Assembly (NCBI GenBank): GCA_944349655.1
Contig: CALVNL010000005.1
Location: 1 to 60,446, forward strand
Direction: 5' to 3'
Length of the DNA: 60,446 bases
Source: an uncultured Clostridia bacterium
GTDB taxonomy: Bacteria; Bacillota; Clostridia; Christensenellales; DTU072
Positions 33,684 to 43,000 of this stretch are shown in pieces. How positions within the stretch are numbered: position 1 is the stretch's first letter; the number at the start of each line of letters is the position of its first letter. The position numbers were made by a program, and so were the translations under genes. The notes under the pieces were generated by a model. The model was not told the DNA's origin and made no database searches. It saw only the letters and a program-made list of their open reading frames with translations.

Positions 33684-35687
33684 TCAATTATCGGGATAAG
33701 TGTATTTCGCTACGCTCCCCAAAGGTTTGAAAGCGTGTCCGCTTCCGTCGTAGAACCTGCCGAAAAATTCGATATACTGCAAACGGGAATTATGAACGTA
33801 AGCTCCCAGCAGGTTGATGGCGATATTGAAAGTGTGACCTATTATCAATATGGGTACGGCTATTATCCAGCTTGCCCAGAAACCGTGGAAAAAGGTATTG
33901 ACGATAATGTCGGCAAGCATATTTATGACGTAACCGATAACGCCCGTGGTAAGCCCCAACCCGAAAAGACGGGAGTAGCTCAAAAGGTCGCTGACCACGT
34001 TTATCGCGCCGTAAGCGTTTCCCAAAGACCCGAATACCATTTTGACGGGATTTTTCTTGCCCAAAGCTCCACCGATAAGAAGCATGGCGGCACCAACGAG
34101 AGCGACGTACATTCCCACCGTTGCGCAAACGCCGAACCAGGCAGGCTCGGGGGATGTATTTATAGCGCCGAGGAAAAGCATAAGCTTTGGACTGATAAGA
34201 CAAAGTCCTATGAAAATAATTACCCAACTGAACTGATTGAAGATCCCTTGCAAAGGATGTCCTTCCTTGATGAGGGCGACGCCCTTTAAGGCAAAGCCCG
34301 TTCCTATCTGCAACACGCCCATACCGAGTGCCAGCATAAACATTTTGAGCGGTTCGTTAAGCGGATTGAACCAGGAAATTTTTTCGAGGAAGCTGCCTTC
34401 GGGCAACGTTATCCCGAACCAACCGCCGAACAGCGTTCCCCAGATGACGGTACTTATTCCGCAAAAACCGAACATAAGGAGCATTTTGCCGCTGTTTTTG
34501 ACGGGTTTAAGAATTTTGACCGCCGCAAAACAAGCTATTGCCATCAATATACCGTATCCCGCGTCGCTTATCATAATCCCGAAAAACAGGAAGTAGAACA
34601 ACGCCACGAAAAGGTTGGGGTCCTGTTCCCTGTACGAAGGCGGTCCGAACATATCCGTTATCCCTTCGAATGTGCTGACGGGTCCGATGTTTTTGGTGAG
34701 CGTGGGCGGAACTTCCTCGTCGGTCGGATCGCGGAATTCTATCTCCGTCCGTTTCGACTTGTCCTCCACTTCGGCTTTGACCTTTTCCGCTTTGTCGGCA
34801 GGCACCCACCCTTCCATAAGGAAAGCGCTCTTGGTGTGCGGACTGCGTTCGGTTATGGCGCACTTGTCTATCTCTATGGTGTAATAGTCGTAAAGCACTT
34901 TGAGAGTGCCGATAAGCGGAATATATTGCTTGACCTTTTTCAGCGTTTCTTCCCGCTCTTTATCCAACTGAAAGATTTTACGCTCGGCGTCCTCTTCTTC
35001 CTGCGCCGCCGTGGCGTCGAAAGTGAACGGACAACGGACAAAGTCCGACGAAGCGAGCAAAGAGTCCGTTTCGCTTTTCGCTTCCTTGTGTCCGCAGATA
35101 ACCACGGGACGAAGTTTGTCGCCGTCGTAAAATACCGCTTCGCAAAGTTCGGGCAAATTTTCCTGCAGAAAAGCGACTTTGGTTTCGGGGACGGTCCCTG
35201 CAACCATAAATGCACTTTCGCTGTCTTTAATGAGCGAAAAAGGAATTTCCACGTCGCGATAGACGTGTAACTGTTCTTTATAGGCTAAAACACGGGATTT
35301 TTCGCCTTTTATGTCCAAAAGACGGGCGTTTATCTTTTCCATCCCGGTAATTTCGGAAAAAATCTCCACCTCTTCTCTCGCCACGGTTTCGTATTCCTCG
35401 ACGGCAACGAGGCGGTTTTCCTTCTTGAAGTTCGCTTTGGGCGGATCTTTTTCCAGACGGGCTTCTTCTTTCAGGGTTTCCTTCAGAAAAGTCAACGCAA
35501 AAGACACCTTGAGCCTTTTCGACTCCAGCGTTTCTCTCTTCGCGACGTCGACAGGGTAATTCGTCAACTCGCAAAGCGGCGTTTCGGTAAGCTCCACGCA
35601 ACCGGATTTTAAGAAAATCCTCATCAGTTTGCTGCGTTCGCTCTTATGAGCCACGAGGCTCATCTTTTTCATTTTAACGATTGACAT
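33684..35687 (-). CDS. ntpI: V/A-type ATPase subunit I
   Basis: MSIVKMKK, FFGIMISDAGYG, DLLSYSRLFGLGL and HNSRLQYIEFFGRFY. Confidence 0.96.
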   Translation of the reverse strand: MSIVKMKKMSLVAHKSERSKLMRIFLKSGCVELTETPLCELTNYPVDVAKRETLESKRLKVSFALTFLKETLKEEARLEKDPPKANFKKENRLVAVEEYETVAREEVEIFSEITGMEKINARLLDIKGEKSRVLAYKEQLHVYRDVEIPFSLIKDSESAFMVAGTVPETKVAFLQENLPELCEAVFYDGDKLRPVVICGHKEAKSETDSLLASSDFVRCPFTFDATAAQEEEDAERKIFQLDKEREETLKKVKQYIPLIGTLKVLYDYYTIEIDKCAITERSPHTKSAFLMEGWVPADKAEKVKAEVEDKSKRTEIEFRDPTDEEVPPTLTKNIGPVSTFEGITDMFGPPSYREQDPNLFVALFYFLFFGIMISDAGYGILMAIACFAAVKILKPVKNSGKMLLMFGFCGISTVIWGTLFGGWFGITLPEGSFLEKISWFNPLNEPLKMFMLALGMGVLQIGTGFALKGVALIKEGHPLQGIFNQFSWVIIFIGLCLISPKLMLFLGAINTSPEPAWFGVCATVGMYVALVGAAMLLIGGALGKKNPVKMVFGSLGNAYGAINVVSDLLSYSRLFGLGLTTGVIGYVINMLADIIVNTFFHGFWASWIIAVPILIIGHTFNIAINLLGAYVHNSRLQYIEFFGRFYDGSGHAFKPLGSVAKYTYPDN

Positions 35688-35994
35688 ATTCGGACAAAAC
35701 CTTTTCCTTAATAAAGTCCACCGCCTTATTCAATGCGGTACCGTTTTCGATTTTATCGGATTGTTGTTTCCCTGCGAGAAGGATTTTTTCGTAGGAGTCA
35801 TTGCCCTCTTTTAGGGCACTTTCAATGACGTTTGCCCTCTCTTTCTTGACTTTCTCCACTGCGTCAAGGCGGATTTTTTCCGCTTCGGTTTCGGCTTGCG
35901 AAACTATAATTTTCGCTTCTTCCGATGCGGAAGAAGTAATTTCCTCTGCCTGCTTTTCGGCTTCGAGAATGGCGTTGACGGTGTCGGTAATCAT
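35674..35994 (-). CDS. ntpF: V/A-type ATPase peripheral-stalk subunit G(H)
   Basis: Short coiled coil (ILEAEKQAEEI) as first gene, overlapping ntpI. Confidence 0.8.
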   Translation of the reverse strand: MITDTVNAILEAEKQAEEITSSASEEAKIIVSQAETEAEKIRLDAVEKVKKERANVIESALKEGNDSYEKILLAGKQQSDKIENGTALNKAVDFIKEKVLSEYVNR

Positions 35995-36003
35995 TTTTTC
36001 TCC

Positions 36004-36633
<630 letters not shown>

Positions 36634-36695
36634 TTATCTCCTTGTATTTACTGTCTTTTTGTAAAATTTTTTTGTAAAAATCAGATTTTTTATAA

Positions 36696-37145
36696 TTAAA
36701 AATTTCCGTCTTCGATAGCCGTGATTTTGGCAACCCGCTTTTCGTGACGACCTCCCGCAAACGACGTCGCGAGAAAAACTTTGGTCATCTCGTAAACTTC
36801 TTCGGGGGTGGAAATCCTGCCGCCCATGGCTATCATATTGGCATTATTGTGTTCGGAAGCCATCTGCGCGCAAAAAACGTTCGTGACGTGAGCGCAACGG
36901 ATACCTTTGACTTTGTTGGCGGCGATGGAAATGCCTATCCCCGTGCCGCAAAGCACTATTCCCTTGTCGGCTTGACCGTTTTTTACAGCCAAAGCGGCTT
37001 TCAGTCCGTAGTCGGGATAATCCACCGATTCCGTCCCGTTGTACGTACCGAGGTCCAGAACTTCGTCTCCTCTCTCTTTCAACGCCTTTATACAGGCTTC
37101 CTTGACGGCGAACCCTCCGTGGTCGCACGCTACAGCAATAACCAT
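36696..37145 (-). CDS. rpiB: ribose-5-phosphate isomerase B
   Basis: DHGG, VDYPDY, CGTGIGISIAANKVKGIR, HNNAN and GGRH. Confidence 0.96.
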   Translation of the reverse strand: MVIAVACDHGGFAVKEACIKALKERGDEVLDLGTYNGTESVDYPDYGLKAALAVKNGQADKGIVLCGTGIGISIAANKVKGIRCAHVTNVFCAQMASEHNNANMIAMGGRISTPEEVYEMTKVFLATSFAGGRHEKRVAKITAIEDGNF

Positions 37146-37260
37146 TTTAACCTCCGTATTATATCTATGTTATCATATTAAACGCCCTTTTTCAAGCAAA
37201 AATTTTCAAAGGCGTTCCGTTTATTGCAAAAATAACTTTCAATGCGGTAAATAAGCCGAT

Positions 37261-38250
37261 TTACGACAGATATTTCCCGTCGCAGCTTTTTTCTATACGA
37301 TTCATGACGGCTCCTTCTTCGCCTGTTTCGGAAAGAGCTTCGATTAAGATTGCGTCGTTTTTCTTTTCGTAGTAACGCAGAAGATGGAAAATATTATGGG
37401 CGATCTCTTTCCCGTCACAACCCATATCCACGGTATTCCTGTCCCCGAACAGCGTTTTGTTTGCGCTACGGGCAAAAATTACGGGATGTTTGCCGTTTTT
37501 CACTTCTTCGTCGTAATAATTCATTGCGTCAACGGGATTTCGGTAAAGCATACACGGTACCGTGGGAGCGTAGTGACGGTATTTCATACCCGGAGCCTGC
37601 GCAACCTTGACTTCTCCGGTATGAGTCTTTACCCTGCCCAAAACTTCTGCAAGCTCTTCTGCGGTGATTATCCCCGGTCTTAAAATCGTCGGAACCTCTC
37701 CCGCTAAGGAAATAACTGTACTTTCTATCCCCACGTCGCACCTGCCGCCGTCCAGAATAAGCGGTATCCTGCCCTTCATGTCTTCGTAAACGTATTCCGC
37801 TTCGGTGGGACTTACTCTCTTGGAAACGTTGGCGCTGGGCGCCGCCACGGGACGGTCGCACAGAGCAAGGAATTCCCGACACAGCGGATGAGACGGTATC
37901 CTTATACCTACAGTTTCCAACCCCGCCGTGACGATATAAGGCACGCACTCTTTTTTCTTCAAAACCACCGTAAGCGGTCCCGGCGAGAATTTAGCGAAAA
38001 GCCTTGCCGCTTCGTCGGTCACGAAAGCCGCTTTTTCGGCGTTATCGAGATCTGTAACGTGCACGATAAAGGGATTGTCTTTAGGGCGGTTCTTGGCTAT
38101 ATAAATTTTTTCCACCGCCTTTTCATCGAGAGCGTTGGCGCCCAGTCCATATACCGTTTCGGTGGGAAAAGCTACGACTTCCCCTCTTCTGATAAGCTCG
38201 GCAGCTTCGGTTAAATATTCCTTCCCGCCGACTTTAGTATCCCAAACCAT
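37261..38250 (-). CDS. sua5: threonylcarbamoyl-AMP synthase (Sua5 type)
   Basis: VAFPTETVYGLGA, KNRPKDNP, AAPSAN and APGMKYRHYAP plus a C-terminal SUA5 domain. Confidence 0.95.
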   Translation of the reverse strand: MVWDTKVGGKEYLTEAAELIRRGEVVAFPTETVYGLGANALDEKAVEKIYIAKNRPKDNPFIVHVTDLDNAEKAAFVTDEAARLFAKFSPGPLTVVLKKKECVPYIVTAGLETVGIRIPSHPLCREFLALCDRPVAAPSANVSKRVSPTEAEYVYEDMKGRIPLILDGGRCDVGIESTVISLAGEVPTILRPGIITAEELAEVLGRVKTHTGEVKVAQAPGMKYRHYAPTVPCMLYRNPVDAMNYYDEEVKNGKHPVIFARSANKTLFGDRNTVDMGCDGKEIAHNIFHLLRYYEKKNDAILIEALSETGEEGAVMNRIEKSCDGKYLS

Positions 38251-38259
38251 TATTTTTCC

Positions 38260-40062
38260 TCAGTTTAATTTGTATATCGACGTTATTCCGTCTTTGGACG
38301 CGATAACGTAATCGGTCTGATAAACTCCGTTTTGCATAAACACTTCGAAAACTTCCAGGCTTTCGTATTCCGCCGCCATAATTATTTTCCCCTCGTAATT
38401 TTTCAAACCGAGTTTTTCGCTTTCGGAATAAACGTAAACGCCTTGGCGGACGTTCACCATATCGGTAATTAGTTTTTCTTTTCCGCTTTTATCGATAATG
38501 AAAGTCTTGTAAACGCCGTCCACCTTTCTTCTGCCTATGGCGTAACCGCCGTAAAACGGAGAGAGTTCCTCGTAAATAAACGGCAGTATCTGTTTCCCCG
38601 AAGTGTCCACCATTCCGTAAAGAATGCTGTTGGAGGTATAATTTATTTCGCTTGCGACGACGCAATAGTCGTGATAAATATAAGTGGCGTAGGTTTTGGT
38701 ACCGCCTTCGTAAGAAGCCAGGGTATATTTTTCCAGCGAATAGTCGTAACAGAACACGTCGCCGTAATATTTATCGTACATCGGGTCGCTGGTTTCCACT
38801 CCGTAACCGCCCACGAATACCGGCGGCATAAGCATATCGTTTATGGTTATTATTTCCGCCTTGTCGTTCATAAGGCAGAAGGTTATCTCGCTCTGATAAT
38901 TTCCGCTGTCGGCATACGGCAGATAGTAATAATACACTATGCTGTAGCCGTCTTTAACCAATGACGCGATATTCGCATACGGAAGCGAATACTCGTATCT
39001 TCCCGTAGTTTCGTCGAAGACGGCGAGATTATTGAGGTAAGACGCCATTTCGGTATAGTAATCGGCGGAATATTTATTCGCGACGGCGTCCACCACAAGC
39101 CACTCTTTCTGCGTGGAAGAACGGGTTTTTGCGTCGTAAAGGTCGCTTCTGACGTTAGCGTAAACAAGTTGAGTTTGTCCGGTACTTGCGTCGGTTTTTT
39201 CGTACTTCATCGTATAACCTTCGAATTCCTCGGTGCTCTCCAGCCTCGCCGTACGGGTAAACCAACCGTTTCCGAGATAATAAATATTGACCGTTATAGC
39301 TTCGGTATAATCTCCTCCCGTATCCTCGGGATACGCCATATATAATCCTCTTTCGTCGAAATTCAGATAACCGTCGGTCAAGACGGCGGAAGTTTCGTAA
39401 AAGAAAGCGTGGTCTTTCCCTATCGCCACGAGATAACCGTCGTTACACATAAATTCGTAGTCGCTCCCGCAACGAACGCGAAAAACTTCCAGTAAACTTC
39501 CCCTCGAATAATCGTAAAAAGTGGAAAAATTAAAATCGGAAAGGGCGTATTCTTTCGTTCCTACCGTAACTATATAATCCCCCACGAAAGCAAACTGCGT
39601 ATAGCTCGAGGCGTAAGGCGTGCGGAAATCGGTTTTTTCGCCCTTACCCTCCCCTCGGAATTTTATAACTCCGACGGTAGGTCTTAAAACGGGATTGCCG
39701 GAGGTATCCACTCCTTGAGCGGGTTTAGCCACTATCGCGTAATCGCCTTTGATCTGCAAAATCGACGTATAAGTCGGGGAAAGCAATATTTCGTCGGAAG
39801 TAGCCAGCCCGAAAAGATTGATGTACTCGCTGTCGTCGTAGGAATTGAGTACTTTCATAAAAATAACGAAAAGATCGTTTTCGGCGTCGTAACTGTAAAC
39901 CGAAACGTTTTCGGGCAAAGAAATACTCATTTCGGCAGCATTGAAGGACTGCCGAAATTCGAAATTATTGAAGTAATCGTTATTCTTTTCCTTGGAATTG
40001 CAACCGGCGAAAAGCGTAAGCAATATCGCAAGAAGCAAAACCGCAACAATAATTTTCTTCAT
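38260..40062 (-). CDS. WG-repeat-containing lipoprotein
   Basis: Lipobox FAGC; C-terminal WG-like repeats (YGMVDTSGKQILPFIYEELSPFYGGYA; LGLKNYEGKIIMAAEYE). Confidence 0.75.
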   Translation of the reverse strand: MKKIIVAVLLLAILLTLFAGCNSKEKNNDYFNNFEFRQSFNAAEMSISLPENVSVYSYDAENDLFVIFMKVLNSYDDSEYINLFGLATSDEILLSPTYTSILQIKGDYAIVAKPAQGVDTSGNPVLRPTVGVIKFRGEGKGEKTDFRTPYASSYTQFAFVGDYIVTVGTKEYALSDFNFSTFYDYSRGSLLEVFRVRCGSDYEFMCNDGYLVAIGKDHAFFYETSAVLTDGYLNFDERGLYMAYPEDTGGDYTEAITVNIYYLGNGWFTRTARLESTEEFEGYTMKYEKTDASTGQTQLVYANVRSDLYDAKTRSSTQKEWLVVDAVANKYSADYYTEMASYLNNLAVFDETTGRYEYSLPYANIASLVKDGYSIVYYYYLPYADSGNYQSEITFCLMNDKAEIITINDMLMPPVFVGGYGVETSDPMYDKYYGDVFCYDYSLEKYTLASYEGGTKTYATYIYHDYCVVASEINYTSNSILYGMVDTSGKQILPFIYEELSPFYGGYAIGRRKVDGVYKTFIIDKSGKEKLITDMVNVRQGVYVYSESEKLGLKNYEGKIIMAAEYESLEVFEVFMQNGVYQTDYVIASKDGITSIYKLN

Positions 40063-40093
40063 AAAAGTATTATAACACTTCTTGACGGATTTG

Positions 40094-43000
40094 TTAAACG
40101 TCCGTATCCTTTTGTTTTTCCGTATCTTCGCCGAAAGAAGCGGACTCTTTTATTTCGACTTCTTCCGATACGTTGACCGTTCTTTCCTCGGTCGCTTCTA
40201 CGGAAACGTCTTTTCCGTTTTCAGAACCGTCTTCACGGACGGTCGGCTCTTCTTTCGGGGTGACCGTTTTTCTCGTCTTTTTGTAGTTTTTAGGTTTTTT
40301 ATCTTGTTTTTCTTTGCGTTTTTCTTTATTTTCTTTACATAAAGCGGAGATTTTACGTGCGGCAATCGTAAGTATACCCGTCCTGTCTTCTCCCACGACC
40401 TTTTCTATGAACGCCACGTCCTTTTCGTCGGTAAGTTCGAACACGTCGAAAACGTCCACGTTCGTGACGTTGGCTTCCCGCATCATTTTCACCGCGTTGG
40501 AAACCTTAGCCTTTCTGTTGAAGATATCGAACATTATCGGCACGAGGAACAACGTTATCAGCGTCGCGTAAATAAGTCCTCCGAGCATCGTAATGGCAAG
40601 AGGGGCGAGCAGCTTTCCGTAGTCGGAATTGTCGAACGCCATAATAAACATTGCGCAGACGGTGGTAAGAGTGGTCATCAGTATGGGACGGAGACGGTCT
40701 ATACCCGTCCTTATCAAAGCCGTGCGCTTATCGGCTCCGCTGTCGATAAGCTGACCCGTGTACTCAACGAACACTATACCGTTGTTGACGGCGACGCCCA
40801 TAAGGACGATTATTCCCATCAACGCCACCGCAGAAAGTTCGATACCCGTTATCAGTATGGCAAGAAAACTACCCGTAAATGCAAGCGGTATCGCAAACAT
40901 AACTATAAAAGGTTTTTTCCAACTCTGGAATTGCGCCACCATTATCAGATAAATCAAAGCGATTCCGAAACCGAGTATGAGATACAGGTTGTTGAAAACC
41001 TCTTCCATCATTTCGTTCCCCTGCGCTATTTCCGCCGTGACGGAATTGTCCTCGCCGAAAAATTCGTCCAGAACTTTTTGTACCGAAGATTCAAGCTCTT
41101 TTGCGGAAACGGAGTCGGGGTCGTATCCCACCGACAAAGCTATTTGTTTACGCCCGTCTGCGTGTTTAACCGAAGTATATCCCGGTGTGCTTGCTATCGA
41201 AGCGGGTATTTTTTCGCCCGTTTCGGTGGTACGGTATATGACGTTACCGTTTTCGTCTTTCACGAAACTGTCGTCGTTCAACAATTTATACAGCGGAATA
41301 TTAACCGTCGCAGCCCCTGTCCCGAGCAGATCTTCGGACTGAATTTCCAGATTTACAAGATCGATTTCCTCTTTCTTGACCGAATAGAACTTGGCAAAGT
41401 CGTCCACCTTATAAGTTTTCTTTTCGTAACTGACGGTATGCGTACCGTCTTCTTCGGGCGTTATAACGGCGCAGTCGTAAACGAAAAAGCCGTTTTCTTT
41501 CCTGAGATAAATTTTTCCTCCGTCGTAAACGGCTTCCGCCTTGCCGTCGGGATTTTTGACGAACAAAGTAATTCCGCTTTCGTTGTAAACGTAATAGTCG
41601 GCTTTTCCTTCGCCGTCGTTTATATTATTCAGAAAATAGAGTTTTACTTCCTTGCCATCGGGAGAAATAGCGTTATACCAGCTTGTGTTAACGTAGTCGG
41701 AGGAATAAATATACACGTCAGAGGACGTTCTTTCCGAAGAATCGTTTTCGTTGTAAATTCTTAAAGTATGACTTGAGGATACCGAACTCAATTTTTGAGA
41801 TAACTGAAGATAGATTTGTCCTACGGTCAGTCCGTATTTGGAAGCCGTCGCCTTATCCACCGAAAGTTTGTAGACTTCGTCGGCCGTCTCCACGTCGGAA
41901 TTGACGTAAGTTACGCCGTCGAGCTTTTCGAGCAGTTTCCCGAGTTCCTGAGAACGGGCGTTCATCTCCGAATAATCGTTTCCGAACAGATTTACGTTCA
42001 GGTAATAGCCCGAATCCATAGTGGCGTAAGAAATTATAGAACTCATGGCTACAGTAGCGGAATACAGTTTTCCGCCTTTAATATTGAGTTCGCTTTCCAG
42101 TTCGTCGCAAAGTATTTGCGGGTCTATGGTTCTTTTATCGGAATCGACAAGGTTTACCGAAGCCGTCAACGCTCCTCCGCCTATGTTCATACCGCCTATA
42201 TTCATACCTGCCGAAAGATAAACCGCCGCCGAAGCTATGTCGGGATATTGCTTGAAAACGTCGGTTACCTGGTCTTTGATTTCGGCAAGGGCGTCGTCAT
42301 AGGTAAAATAAGCGTCGTCCATCACCGATAGTCCTGCGTTTCTTTCGTCTATGGCTTCTTCGCTTATTTCGAAATTAACCGTAATAAGTCCGAGGTAAGT
42401 GGACGGGAATATCTCTGTCTTTGCCGTGCTGAAAACCGCAAAAGCGCTTCCGGCAAGCAATACCACGGTAAGAATAATCGCTATCCATTTATTGTTCAGA
42501 GAAAAGTTAAGGGCTTTTGCGTAACCTCTTTTAATCGTTTTGAAAACCTTATTTTCCTTTGCGGGCGGTTTGGTAACGAAATAAGTCGTTGCACTCGGAA
42601 TAAGCGTTAACGCCACCAAAAGGGACGCCAGCAAGGAAAAGCATACGGTCAGCGCCATATCGGTAAATATTTTCTTTACCAATCCTTCTACGAACACCAT
42701 AGGCAGAAAAACCACCACAGTGGTAAGCGTGGACGCGATAATCGCCCCTCCCATCTGTTTTGCTCCCTGTACCGACGCGGCAAAATTACTCTTGCCCTGC
42801 AAACGAAGTCTTTGGATATTTTCCAGAACTATTATGGAGTTGTCCACCAACATCCCTACGCCCAGCACCAGTCCGCACATGGAAATCAAATTGAGCGTAA
42901 TGCCTGCAAAATACATCAGCACGAAAGTTACCACCACCGAAAACACTATGGACATGGATACGGTAAGGGTGGGTTTTATGCGAAGCAGGAAAATAAAAAG

